A stretch of DNA of 64,000 nt from an uncultured Chloroflexia bacterium. Its GTDB lineage: Bacteria > Chloroflexota > Limnocylindria > Limnocylindrales > CSP1-4. Shown here piece after piece: positions 40,868 through 50,900 of the stretch. The DNA lies in contig CAVTQU010000008.1 of the NCBI GenBank assembly GCA_963736895.1, positions 119,920 to 183,919 of the forward strand, in the 5' to 3' direction. The notes under the pieces are model-generated. The model saw nothing but the letters and a program-made list of their open reading frames with translations, made no database searches and was not told the origin of the DNA. The position numbers and the translations under genes were made by a program. Within the stretch, counting starts at the first letter, position 1. Every line of letters begins with the position of its first letter.

Positions 40868-41532
40868 GGGCCGTCGCTCTGGGTGCTCATCGTCATCAGC
40901 GGATGACGCTTCTCGCCCACATGACCCAGCCCAAAGACGTGCCCAACCTCGTGAGTGATCGTCGGCTCGATGAGCTCCTGGTTGAAGCAGCCTGCAACCG
41001 TGGCCGCCCAGTCAAAACGGGTGCTGATACGGATATCGGCCTCGACTATGAAGCCACCGAAAGCGCGCGTGCACGTCACCGCGAGGACGCCTGGAGGCAA
41101 TCGGCCGAAGCCAACCTCGTTCTTGCCATCGGAGCCGGCACACTGGGCGGACTTGTTGATGTTGGGGGCGCGAGCGGCGCGCCCGTCATACACGTTCTTG
41201 GCATCGACCTTGTCGGGCATCCCACAGTCGTTGCGGGCGGTGGTGATGTTGTTGAATGACTTGACCAACGCGGCCTCAGCGGCCGCCACGGTCAGGCCGG
41301 TGGGCGTTGAGGCGCTGTCGAACGTCCAGTGGACAGCATGGCCCCATCTGCCGCCGATAAACGAGAAGGCGCGGTCCTCGCAGACCGGTTTTACAGCCGC
41401 CGCGGAAGCTGCGATGCGAGCCGAGTCGGTGGAGAGCTGTTGGGCAGCCGCGACAGGTGCGGCGACCGCCGAGGCGGCGAGCAGCAACGTGGCCAGCGTG
41501 AGCGACGTCGTGCGCCGAAGGTCGATGTGCAT
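40804..41532 (-). CDS. Secreted zinc metalloprotease, metzincin (snapalysin/matrixin-like, HExxHxxGxxH)
   Basis: Signal peptide; ITHEVGHVFGLGHVGEKRHPLMTM (HExxHxxGxxH plus Met-turn). ATG overlaps the stop of its upstream paralog (ATGA). Confidence 0.75.
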   Translation of the reverse strand: MHIDLRRTTSLTLATLLLAASAVAAPVAAAQQLSTDSARIAASAAAVKPVCEDRAFSFIGGRWGHAVHWTFDSASTPTGLTVAAAEAALVKSFNNITTARNDCGMPDKVDAKNVYDGRAARAPNINKSAQCAGSDGKNEVGFGRLPPGVLAVTCTRAFGGFIVEADIRISTRFDWAATVAGCFNQELIEPTITHEVGHVFGLGHVGEKRHPLMTMSTQSDGPCNDAASTLGRGDVLGLQALY

Positions 41533-42263
41533 CAGTAGGTTGCCTCTAGCCCCAGGATGTCGCCCTTGCCCAGCGTTGACTCACTGTTCTGACACGGCCC
41601 GTCAACGACTGGGCTCATTGTCAGCCGGCCGTGCTTTCTTTCTCCGACGTGATTGAGGCCGAAGACGTGGCCGGCCTCGTGGGTCATCGTGGCCTCGAGC
41701 ATCACTTCCCTGAAACAGCCATTCAACGACAGCGTCCAGCTTGCCTGCGTGTTGATCTGGATGTCGGCCTCCACCATGTGTGCATTCTTGGTCCAGTAGC
41801 AGGTGACCGCCAGCACTCCAAGCGGCAGGCGATGAAAGCCAACCACATTGTGCATGTCTCGCCTGGCGCAGCTCGTGGCGGTGTCCGTTGTGCCCAGGAA
41901 GGTATGCGTTGCGGACACCTTGTCGGCCATGCCGCAGTTGTTGTGGGCAGTCGTGATGTTCGAGAACGACTCGTTCAGGACGTTACGGACGCCATTCTTG
42001 CTGAGGTAGCCGGGGGTTGACGAGGAGTTGAACGACCACGAGTAATGGTCGTTCGCCCAGGGTCCGGAGATCTGGTGGAATGCCGGGTCCGCACAGGCAG
42101 CCGGCGCGACACCTGCGTCGCGCGCGAACGGCGACCCGTGAGCGTCAGACGCCATTCGCAGCTCGTCAATGTGAAGTGTTGCCGCATCTGCAGGCGGTGT
42201 CGCGAGGATCAGGACGGCCATCGCGGCGACGAGAGCGGGCAGGCGCCAAAAAGTCGACTTCAT
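41532..42263 (-). CDS. Secreted zinc metalloprotease, metzincin paralog
   Basis: MKSTFWRLPALVAAMAVLILA signal peptide; MTHEAGHVFGLNHVGERKHGRLTM. The ORF-track N-terminal extension (R-rich) is not coding. Confidence 0.75.
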   Translation of the reverse strand: MKSTFWRLPALVAAMAVLILATPPADAATLHIDELRMASDAHGSPFARDAGVAPAACADPAFHQISGPWANDHYSWSFNSSSTPGYLSKNGVRNVLNESFSNITTAHNNCGMADKVSATHTFLGTTDTATSCARRDMHNVVGFHRLPLGVLAVTCYWTKNAHMVEADIQINTQASWTLSLNGCFREVMLEATMTHEAGHVFGLNHVGERKHGRLTMSPVVDGPCQNSESTLGKGDILGLEATY

Positions 42264-42395
42264 GGCTCCCCGATTTGAATTTTCACGAGCGGCTGGGGCT
42301 CGCGGAAAGGATAGGCGGGGTCTCGATTTGTCGCCCTCGCAGCGATCGGGAGTCAGTGGTCCAGCGTAAATACTACGGTACCGTAGTATTTCCAC

Positions 42396-43775
42396 ATGAG
42401 ATCGATGGCACCACTCCTGGTATTCGTGGCCGTCGTGAGCGGTGCCTGCGGTGCCACGACACCCACGCCAGCATCGCAAGCGCCGACGCCCCCGCCGACT
42501 ACCACCTCGACGTTCTCGCCGACGGCCTCGCCGGCGCTGCAGCCGCCTTCGACGAGTCCTTCTGCAACCACCCCCGCGACGCCAGCCGTTTCGCGGACAA
42601 CAGGGTGGCAAAGCGATATCGCCGCGCTCGTGCCCGGAATGGATGCCCTCCACCCAGAGCTCGACCACGGCGTGTCGCTCAACGATCTGAACTCAGCTGC
42701 AGCCGACCTGATCACCCGGGTCCCAACCGCAACCGACGACGAGCTGATGGCCGGCGTGCTGCGGATCGTGGCGATGGTCAGTCGCGAGGGTTGTGAGGCT
42801 CACACCGGCGCATACCTGTGGGGCAGCGAAAGCTACCCCGTCCACAGCCTGCCGCTACGACTCTGGCTGTTCGGCGATGACGTCTACGTGGTCGACGCAC
42901 TGCCGCCGTATGAGGACCTGGTGGGCCAGCGAATCGATTCCGTCAACGGCCACGTGATGGCTGACATGTTCACAACCTTGGAGCCCCTCATCCCGCGCGA
43001 CAACGACCAGACGGTGCGGTTGCTGATGCCGCGGTTCCTTCTGACCACCGAGATCCTGCATGGCGCAGGCCTCATCGAAAACGTCGATTCCGTCGATCTC
43101 TTGTATGGCACGTCGACGCGTAATCCGCTGCAGGTGACGGTGAATGCGATCCCGATGTCCCACTACAACGCGTGGGCTGGCCAGTACGGGCTGCACCTGC
43201 CGGAGAATCCTGACGTTCCGTATCTGTCCGACATCGATGGGCTGCTCTGGCACAGCGGGCCAGACGAGAACGGAACGTTGTACGTGCAGTACAACCGCGT
43301 TGATCCGCTCGGTCCCAATGCGCTCAGCGATTGGCTGGAAGACCCTGCCACCAAGACTCTTGTCCTGGACATCCGACACAACTTTGGCGGCGAGCTGTCC
43401 GCCCTCGAGCCTGTCGTGTTCGCGGTGGACACGTTCGCGGCCGCTCATCCGGCGAGCACCTATGTGATCACGGGTCGCAACACCTTCTCGGCCGGCAGCA
43501 TGTTGGTTGGACGCCTCAAGGCGGAGACGGACGCTCTGGTCGTCGGTGAAGGGATGGGCGGCTGTCCCGCGCCGTGGGCTGATCCCGGGCAGCTTCAGTT
43601 GCTTTACAGCGGCATTGCCGTGAGCGTCGCGACGCTCCACGAGCTGGGCGCGATCCCGAACGACACGCGCCTGACCATCTCGCCCGACATTCCCGCTGAG
43701 CTGACAGTGGACGAATGGGCACAGGGCATCGACCCGGCCATGGTCGCCATTGACCAGGCCCAGGTCGCCCAGTGA
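42396..43775 (+). CDS. Lipoprotein with S41-family (C-terminal processing / tail-specific protease-like) peptidase domain
   Basis: Lipobox VVSGACG, PT-rich linker, then LVLDIRHNFGGE ... TFSAGSML (S41 Ser region). Confidence 0.6.
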   Translation: MRSMAPLLVFVAVVSGACGATTPTPASQAPTPPPTTTSTFSPTASPALQPPSTSPSATTPATPAVSRTTGWQSDIAALVPGMDALHPELDHGVSLNDLNSAAADLITRVPTATDDELMAGVLRIVAMVSREGCEAHTGAYLWGSESYPVHSLPLRLWLFGDDVYVVDALPPYEDLVGQRIDSVNGHVMADMFTTLEPLIPRDNDQTVRLLMPRFLLTTEILHGAGLIENVDSVDLLYGTSTRNPLQVTVNAIPMSHYNAWAGQYGLHLPENPDVPYLSDIDGLLWHSGPDENGTLYVQYNRVDPLGPNALSDWLEDPATKTLVLDIRHNFGGELSALEPVVFAVDTFAAAHPASTYVITGRNTFSAGSMLVGRLKAETDALVVGEGMGGCPAPWADPGQLQLLYSGIAVSVATLHELGAIPNDTRLTISPDIPAELTVDEWAQGIDPAMVAIDQAQVAQ

Positions 43776-44302
43776 CCGGACCACCCGACGGGCCGTCCTC
43801 TCCGTCGGTGTTCTTCGAGGCCTATGCCTTGAACCAGTCGATTCGGCGCCTGCTGGCGGTGGCCATGGCCGACAGCCCGCTGACGCCCGAGCAATACGCG
43901 ATCTACAGCGCGATATTCGAGGACGAGCAGATCACTCCGACCCGAATGGCGGAGCGGCTGGGAACGCCGCTCACCACCGTGATGGACCACGTCGCGCGGC
44001 TGGAGCGGCTTGGGCACGCACGCAGGACCGTTGATCCCCGCGATCGACGAGCGACCCTCATCACACTGACCGCCAGCGGTCTCGCCGCGCACCGCGATGC
44101 GAATCACTACTTCGAGCGCGCCTACGCCGATTTCGCCAGCGCGCTTCCGGTCGACGAGGCGACCGCGACGCGTTGGTTGGGCGTGATCAGGGAAGCCGTC
44201 GAGTCGGCCGTGGCCGGAGAGTCAGTCGCGTCGCAGCAGGTTGCCGTAGATGACGGCATAGGCGGCGTCGCGATCCTCCACGGAGGCGAACGTCAGGGTT
44301 AG
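43772..44302 (+). CDS. MarR-family transcriptional regulator
   Basis: wHTH TRMAERLGTPLTTVMDHVARLERLGHARRTVDPRDRRATLITLT. GTG start overlaps the previous stop (GTGA). Confidence 0.8.
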   Translation: MTGPPDGPSSPSVFFEAYALNQSIRRLLAVAMADSPLTPEQYAIYSAIFEDEQITPTRMAERLGTPLTTVMDHVARLERLGHARRTVDPRDRRATLITLTASGLAAHRDANHYFERAYADFASALPVDEATATRWLGVIREAVESAVAGESVASQQVAVDDGIGGVAILHGGERQG

Positions 44303-45091
44303 ATCGCCCGAGGCGGGACGTACGACCAGCGCCGGGTCCGAGCGCGAAAGTCGCCGCAGCTCGCCGACCGCCACGCTGGAGTGGGCCGAGTGGAGGAACA
44401 AAACTTGCGGCTCATGGCCCGGCACGCGGAGCTCGGCCGATTCTCGGGGCTTGACGGCAAGCTCTGCGGGGATCACCTCGGGGCTGGATCGCGGCCCGTC
44501 CGGCACGACCCAAACTGGCAGAACCACGGAGCGTTCAGCGGGAATGATCGGAACGGCCTGGGCGAAGAACACCGGATAAGACGTCCTGGCGCCGAGGCCA
44601 ATGAACACCGCGGCACCCAGCACGGTGATTGCGATCCATGGCGGATCCGGCTCTCTGGCGAGTGCCGGATCGGCGCGCAGCTGGCCGATCCACGCAAATC
44701 CCTCGTGAGCGCGGCTTGTGCCGCCCACCAGGATCCCGCTGACTGTTGTCTGCCCCAGCGGCAGAGGGGCGTCGCTGGTGACGATCAGCTTCGCGTCCGG
44801 AACTGCAGGGTCGGTCATCGCATATTGATGACCCGCTGAGGTGGCGCCTTCCTCGCGAACATCGCCGGTCACGATGATCCATGTCTGCAGACGCGACAGG
44901 TCCCCCGCGACAAGCCCGGACATGCTGATTCGCTGCGGTGTCCTTTGGCTCCCCCAGACCGTGAATGCAATCACGGCGACGAAAACCAGCAGCAGTCCGA
45001 TCCAGAACGACCGGCGCTCGATTTGGAGCATGCCCGGAATCCGACGCAGCTGGTCGATGAGGAACGCGAAAGCAACCCTTGGATAGCGCAC
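44222..45091 (-). CDS. Membrane-anchored protein, unknown function
   Basis: One or two TM helices near the N-terminus; 289 aa; convergent overlap with marR. Confidence 0.35.
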   Translation of the reverse strand: MRYPRVAFAFLIDQLRRIPGMLQIERRSFWIGLLLVFVAVIAFTVWGSQRTPQRISMSGLVAGDLSRLQTWIIVTGDVREEGATSAGHQYAMTDPAVPDAKLIVTSDAPLPLGQTTVSGILVGGTSRAHEGFAWIGQLRADPALAREPDPPWIAITVLGAAVFIGLGARTSYPVFFAQAVPIIPAERSVVLPVWVVPDGPRSSPEVIPAELAVKPRESAELRVPGHEPQVLFLHSAHSSVAVGELRRLSRSDPALVVRPASGDLTLTFASVEDRDAAYAVIYGNLLRRD

Positions 45092-45148
45092 GATTGCCAG
45101 AAGTTTGGCGTCCGCCGCGCCAACTCACCCAAACGGCCGATCTCGGGG

Positions 45149-46846
45149 CTAGAGCAGCTCCCCGTGGGCCGAACCGGTCGGCTCGCCATCGCGTGGCCGC
45201 GGCTCCTCGCCGGGCGGGTAGGTCTTCCCGTTCGTTGCACTGCCGCCGTTTGCCGCCTCGGCCGGCAGAACCGGCAGGACCGGCAACGCCGGACGGGCCG
45301 AGCCCTCGATCGCGCCGACGCCGTATGGCGTCCACTTGTCCGATTGCTGGAGTCGGTGCGGCTCGACATTGCCGCGCGAGTGGACCTCCGCGAAGTTGGT
45401 TGGCTCGATCCACATTCGCTCGCCGTTGAGCAGGCCGAGCACGCCTGACTGGCCGGGCTCGGGTCGCGCAGACTGGCACGACTTGCAGCGCGACTTGTCG
45501 TGCTGCTCGTAGGTCAGCGGCTCTTCGTACGTAGTGATGTAGCCCTCGTAGTTCCGGAGCACGACCTTGTGGTCGGAATAGCTGATCAGGTAGTTGGGCA
45601 TCACCGGGATCTTGCCGCCACCACCGGGCGCATCGACGACGTACGTCGGAACGGCATAGCCGGATGTGTGGCCGCGCAGCCCTTCCATGATCTCGAGACC
45701 CTTGCCGACTGGCGTCCGGAAGTGGCCCGAGCCCTCGACCAGGTCGCACTGGTAGATGTAGTAGGGCCGGACGCGCATCTCGACCAGGCGGTGGACGAGG
45801 TCGCGCTGGATGTTGACGCAATCGTTGACGCCCGCCAGCAGGACCGACTGGTTGCCCACCGGGATGCCCGCGCGGGTGAGCTTGTCGACGGCTCGCGCGA
45901 CCTCGGGCGTGATCTCGTTGGGGTGGTTGAAGTGCAGGTTCATCCAGATCGGGTGGTACTTGGCGAGCATCTCGCACATCTCGTCGTCAACGCGCTGGGG
46001 CATGAACACCGGCACCCGCGAGCCGATCCGGATGATCTCGATGTGCGGGATCTCGCGCAGGCCGCGGATGATCGTTTCGAATAGCTTGGGCGCGAGCGTC
46101 AGGCCGTCGCCGCCACTGATGAGGACGTCACGTACCTGCGGCGTACGACGGAGGTAGTCGAGCTGCGCCTCGTGCTCGGCGCGGTTGAAGTTCTGGGTTG
46201 GGTCGCCAACGATGCGCGACCGGGTGCAATAGCGGCAGTAGCTGGCGCACTGAGTAGTGACGAGCATCAGCACGCGGTCCGGGTAGCGGTGAACGAGGCC
46301 CGGCACCGGGGAGTGACGATCCTCGGCCAGCGAGTCCTCCATCATCCCGGTGAACGCGGTGTGCTCGCGGCCCAGCGGGATCACCTGGCGACGGATCGGG
46401 TCGTCGGGATCGTCAGGGTCCATGAGGCTGATGAAGTAGGGCGTGATATCGACGCGGAACTTGTCCGGCGCCGAGAGGCCCTCGCGCTCCTCATCGGTCA
46501 GGTTGAGGATCTGCTCAATCTCGGCGAGATCGTTGACTCGATGGGACAGCTGCCATCGCCAGTCGTTCCACTTCTCGTCAGGAACGTCCGCCCACAGCGA
46601 CGCGCGGCGGCTGACCTGCGGCAGGCCGTCCGGGCCAAGCCGCCGCGCCGGATCGCGCTGGTTCACAAAGGTGTCTTCGCCGACCGTTACTTCCAAGCTT
46701 GCACGCCTCACGCGAAACGGATTTGGCTTCGCAGTCGGCCTGCGGGCCGCTGCTGCGCGTCGATCGCGAGCCTCCGCACGCGCGGATGCTCGCATCCTCC
46801 TTGCGACTGCATATTCCTTATGCAGGCTGGATAGAAACGAGATCAT
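45149..46846 (-). CDS. kamA: L-lysine 2,3-aminomutase (radical SAM, KamA family)
   Basis: Near-collinear with clostridial KamA: WADVPDEKWNDWRWQ, radical-SAM CASYCRYC, PLP-Lys region, YYIYQCDLVEGSGHFR, VVDAPGGGGK. True start probably near VSRRASLW (about 46670). About 100-aa Pro-rich C-terminal extension. Confidence 0.85.
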   Translation of the reverse strand: MISFLSSLHKEYAVARRMRASARAEARDRRAAAARRPTAKPNPFRVRRASLEVTVGEDTFVNQRDPARRLGPDGLPQVSRRASLWADVPDEKWNDWRWQLSHRVNDLAEIEQILNLTDEEREGLSAPDKFRVDITPYFISLMDPDDPDDPIRRQVIPLGREHTAFTGMMEDSLAEDRHSPVPGLVHRYPDRVLMLVTTQCASYCRYCTRSRIVGDPTQNFNRAEHEAQLDYLRRTPQVRDVLISGGDGLTLAPKLFETIIRGLREIPHIEIIRIGSRVPVFMPQRVDDEMCEMLAKYHPIWMNLHFNHPNEITPEVARAVDKLTRAGIPVGNQSVLLAGVNDCVNIQRDLVHRLVEMRVRPYYIYQCDLVEGSGHFRTPVGKGLEIMEGLRGHTSGYAVPTYVVDAPGGGGKIPVMPNYLISYSDHKVVLRNYEGYITTYEEPLTYEQHDKSRCKSCQSARPEPGQSGVLGLLNGERMWIEPTNFAEVHSRGNVEPHRLQQSDKWTPYGVGAIEGSARPALPVLPVLPAEAANGGSATNGKTYPPGEEPRPRDGEPTGSAHGELL

Positions 46847-46887
46847 ACCGCGAGCGATAACGCAACTAGCCCTTCTGTCGTGGGTAC

Positions 46888-47301
46888 GTGCCTTTGCTAG
46901 ACTCGCGCTCGATGACGGTGCAGCGTTTGGCGACTATCGGGATCCTCGTTGCCCTCGCCACGACTGGCGTGGTGCTGATCAGTCTTTTTGCCGGCTTCCA
47001 GCGCCTGCTCGGCCAGCCGTTCGCGTTCATCGGCTCCGTTGGGCTGGCCGCGATCGTGGTCCTGTTGATCCTCAAGGTGGCCCTCGTACCGGCACAGCGC
47101 TATACCGGTTGGGCGAAGTCCATCACCGGACCAAACGGCCGCTGGTTTTTTCTTTTCCTGATCCTGCTGTGGATCATTTTCATGAGCCTTCTGGCTTTTT
47201 CTGGCCAGGCTGCGCTCGTGGTCGGCGCGATCGCGTTCCTTGGATTGCTGGTCGGCGTGTTCCTGTTCATGGGCTTCATCTGGGCTGTGATCGGCGAGTA
47301 A
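46888..47301 (+). CDS. Membrane protein (4 TM), unknown function
   Basis: Hydrophobic 137-aa ORF. Confidence 0.35.
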   Translation: MPLLDSRSMTVQRLATIGILVALATTGVVLISLFAGFQRLLGQPFAFIGSVGLAAIVVLLILKVALVPAQRYTGWAKSITGPNGRWFFLFLILLWIIFMSLLAFSGQAALVVGAIAFLGLLVGVFLFMGFIWAVIGE

Positions 47302-47329
47302 CGTCCGCCGCTCTGCAGGTGAGCGCCAA

Positions 47330-47896
47330 ATGAGAACCGTCACTGTTTCATGGGATAAGCAACAGGAACGATTTGTCGCGCTCGGCACGCACCGCGGGCG
47401 CGAGATCGTTATCAACGCGCCGGGTGAACCAGGCAGCGGCCGTGCGCCGACCGGTTTCAGCGCCACCGAGCTCCTGCTCGCGGGTGCGGGTGCATGCGCC
47501 GCATGGGACGTGGTCGAGATCCTGCGCAAGCGACGCGCCCAGGTTGCGAGCCTCGCCGTGACAGTGGAGGGCGATCAGCAGCCCGATCCGCCGTGGACCT
47601 ACAACCGAGTTGCGCTCCACTTCCGAGTCGAGTGCCAGGACATGCAGCTGCCGGTCCTTGCGCGCGTGATCCGGCTCAGCATGGTGCGTTACTGCTCGGT
47701 AATCACGACCATCTCCGGCGTCGCATCCATTGAGGCGACCGTTGAGCTGGTCAAGCCCGACGGTTCCACCAGCGGCCGACAGCCCATCGAGCTGGCCATT
47801 CCCGCAGTGCCTCCGGCCGCCATCGCGGCCAAGGACGCCGCTGTCCTGGGCCTTGCCGAGCCGGCCGCCGACGAGGACGGGCCGGCGCTCGGCTGA
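47330..47896 (+). CDS. OsmC/Ohr-family protein with Ala/Pro-rich C-terminal tail
   Basis: Two conserved Cys (GAGACAAWD ... VRYCSVITT), about 140-aa core. Confidence 0.7.
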   Translation: MRTVTVSWDKQQERFVALGTHRGREIVINAPGEPGSGRAPTGFSATELLLAGAGACAAWDVVEILRKRRAQVASLAVTVEGDQQPDPPWTYNRVALHFRVECQDMQLPVLARVIRLSMVRYCSVITTISGVASIEATVELVKPDGSTSGRQPIELAIPAVPPAAIAAKDAAVLGLAEPAADEDGPALG

Positions 47897-47955
47897 CCTG
47901 CGGCTGCCAAACCCAATAATCCCGATACCCAGACCTAACGAGTAATCTTCGCTAC

Positions 47956-50900
47956 GTGAACCTTTTCCACCGCCTCGGCTTCTTCTGCGCGCGTCACCGA
48001 TGGGCTGTCATCACGGTGTGGGCGGTTCTCCTGTTGGCGGCCATTCCGTTCGCGCCGCGGCTACCCGGTGAGTTGCGCTCGGGCGGCTTCTCGCTCAACG
48101 ACCTCGAGGCTTCGCGGGCGCGGCAGCTCCTCGAGAGCGGCCTCAACGTTCCGCCGTCGGCGATGGTCATCCTGATCCAGAGCCAGACCGACGCTCGTGC
48201 CGGCGATCCGGCGTTCGAGGCGGCGGCCGCGCAGGCATTGGCACGCGTCCCCACAGCCGAACACGTGGCCGGCCTGCTGACTCACCAGCTGGCACCGCGC
48301 CAGATCAGCGCCGACGGCAAGACGGTCTACGAGATCGTGGCGCTCGACCTTCCGCCCGATGATTCGCCACTCGCCCTTGATCCGGTGCGTGACGCGATCA
48401 CGCAGGTTCCCGGCTACCAGGTCTACCTCGCCGGCGGTCCGGCGTTCTACGGCGACATCCAGGTGCTCTCCGAGCACGACCTGCAACGGAGCGAGTTCAT
48501 CTCGCTGCCGCTTGCAGCTCTCGCGCTGCTGCTCGTCTTCGGCAGCCTGATCGCCGCCGGCGTGCCCATCGTCGTCGGTGGGTCGGCCGTCCTCGTCGCC
48601 CTCGGGGCACTCTTCTTCGTGGCCGAGCGGACCCCGTTGAGCATCTTCGTGCTCAACCTGGCGACGTTGCTCGGGCTGGGCCTGGGAGTCGACTACGCCC
48701 TGTTGTTGACCAGCAGGTTCCGGGAGGAGCTTGGCGCGCGTGCCGGCGGCCGCACTCCTGATGGGGCCGTCGACCAGCAGGCGGTCAACGAGGCCGTGGC
48801 CGCGACGGTCGCCACCGCTGGCAGAGCGGTCTTCTTCAGCGGCCTGACCGTCCTCCTCGGGTTGATCGGGCTAATCCTCTTCGAGTTCATGGTCCTGCGG
48901 TCGGTAGGCATTGCCGGTGCGGCCGTTGTTGCGGTCGCTGTCGCGGCTGCGATCACGCTGCAGCCCGCCGTCCTTGCGGCTCTTGGTCCGAGGGTCAATT
49001 CGTACCGGATTCGACTTCGACGCCGCAAACCCGACACGCCGCAGGGGCAAACCAGCGGCGCCTGGGCTCGCCTGGCAAATCGGGTGATGGATCGGCCGCT
49101 GCTGTTCTTCATCCCCACGCTGGGATTGCTGCTCGTGCTCGGATCGCCATTCCTGCACGTTCGCTTCAACGCTCCCGACGCGTCGATCCTGCCGCCCAAC
49201 GTCCCCTCGCGCCAGGCGTACGACCTGCTGGTCAACGACTTTGGCGAGGGCGAGTTCGCGCCGCTGCTGGTGGCCATACGAACGGACGGGCCGGCCACGG
49301 ACCCGGCGAATGTCGGGGCGCTGTACGACTACTCACGTCGCCTGGCCGCGGATCCGCGAGTCGGCCGCGTGGAGGGGATGGTCGATGTCGATCCGCGGCT
49401 GGGCCGCGACCAGTACCAGCTGCTCTACTCCGCGCCGGGCGGACCGGCCGACAGATTCGTCGCTGACGCGCTGCGGCGCTCGACCAACGGCGACCTGACG
49501 GCTTTCACCGTCTACACGCCGTACGGCCCCAACCGAGCCGAGGCCCAGGCGCTGGTCCGCGACATGCGGAACCCGGCGTCGGGGATCGCGCCGCCGGCCG
49601 GCATGACCGTCCTCGTCGGCGGCGGGGCGGCCGAGGTGAGCGACGTCGTGACGCGCATCGGCCAGGACTTCCCACGCTCGGCGTTGTTCATCCTCGTCTC
49701 TACGTACCTGGTCCTCTTCGTGCTGCTCCGGTCGGTCGTCCTGCCGGCAAAGGCGCTGATCGTCAATGCGCTGTCGATCACCGCGTCGTTCGGAGCACTG
49801 GTCTGGATCTTCCAGGACGGCAACCTGTCGGCACTCTTCAACTTCCTGCCGCTGGGCTTCGTGGAAACGACCCTGCCGGTAATCCTGTTCTGCGTCCTCT
49901 TTGGGCTGTCCATGGACTACGAGGTCTTCCTCCTGTCGCGCATGAAGGAGGTCTACGACCAGACGCACGACAACCGCCTGGCAGTGGCCCGGGGCATGGA
50001 GCGCAGCGGTCGCATCGTGACCTCGGCGGCACTGATCGTGGTCGTCGTGGCGGGGTCCTTCGCGTTCGCCGACATCGTGTTGATCAAGGCACTCGGCCTG
50101 GGCGTGGCCATCGCGGTGGCGCTCGACGCGACCGTTGTTCGGGCCCTGCTGGTGCCATCGACGATGCGCTTGCTGGGCGACCTCAACTGGTGGATGCCTG
50201 AGCGACTTCGGCGCGTCCTCCCACCTGTCGTGGCTTGTCTCTTCCTGGTCGGCTGCACTGCAAACGGCCGCATCTTGAGCAACGAGCCGACGCCAAGACC
50301 AACCCTGCCACCTGCCACGGCGGCGCCGGCGCCCGTTGCGGATCCTGTGCCGATCGTCTTTCCGCGCGACGAGGCAACGCACGACCGACTGACCGAGTGG
50401 TGGTACTACACCGGCCACCTTCAAGCAGACGACGGTCAGAAGTTCGGCTTCGAGTTCGTCGTGTTCCGCGCCGAACGCGGCGCCTTCCCGGTCAGCTGGG
50501 CTTCGCACCTTGCCCTGACCGATGAGAGCGGGCAGCGATTCCTGTACGACCAGCGATCGGAAGTTGGGCCACAGGTGAGCCAGCTGTTTCCAACGGACAC
50601 CGAGCGTGGCTTCGACTTGGCCATTCGAGGTGGGTTCGATCCGACAGGCTCAGGGGCAGAGGGCGAGCCCGGCCTGCCGTGGACCATGAGCGGCGTGGGC
50701 GGTCATGACACGCTCTCCGCAGCCACGGACGGGTTCGCGCTCGACCTGTCGCTGACGGACACCCGAACTCAACCCGTGCTTCACGATGACGACGGCTGGG
50801 TCGATTTCGGACCGGCTGGTGGCTCGTACTACTACTCGCGGCCGCGAATGGACGCGACGGGCTCGCTGACGCTCGACGGAAACGCGATGACGGTCACTGG

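Noticed and set aside
44535-45977. 480-aa minus-strand ORF overlapping the membrane protein and kamA region in another frame
   Set aside because: Extremely Arg/Pro/Gly-rich (RPRPPPGRDARP...), no domain signatures. The kamA frame carries clear homology instead.
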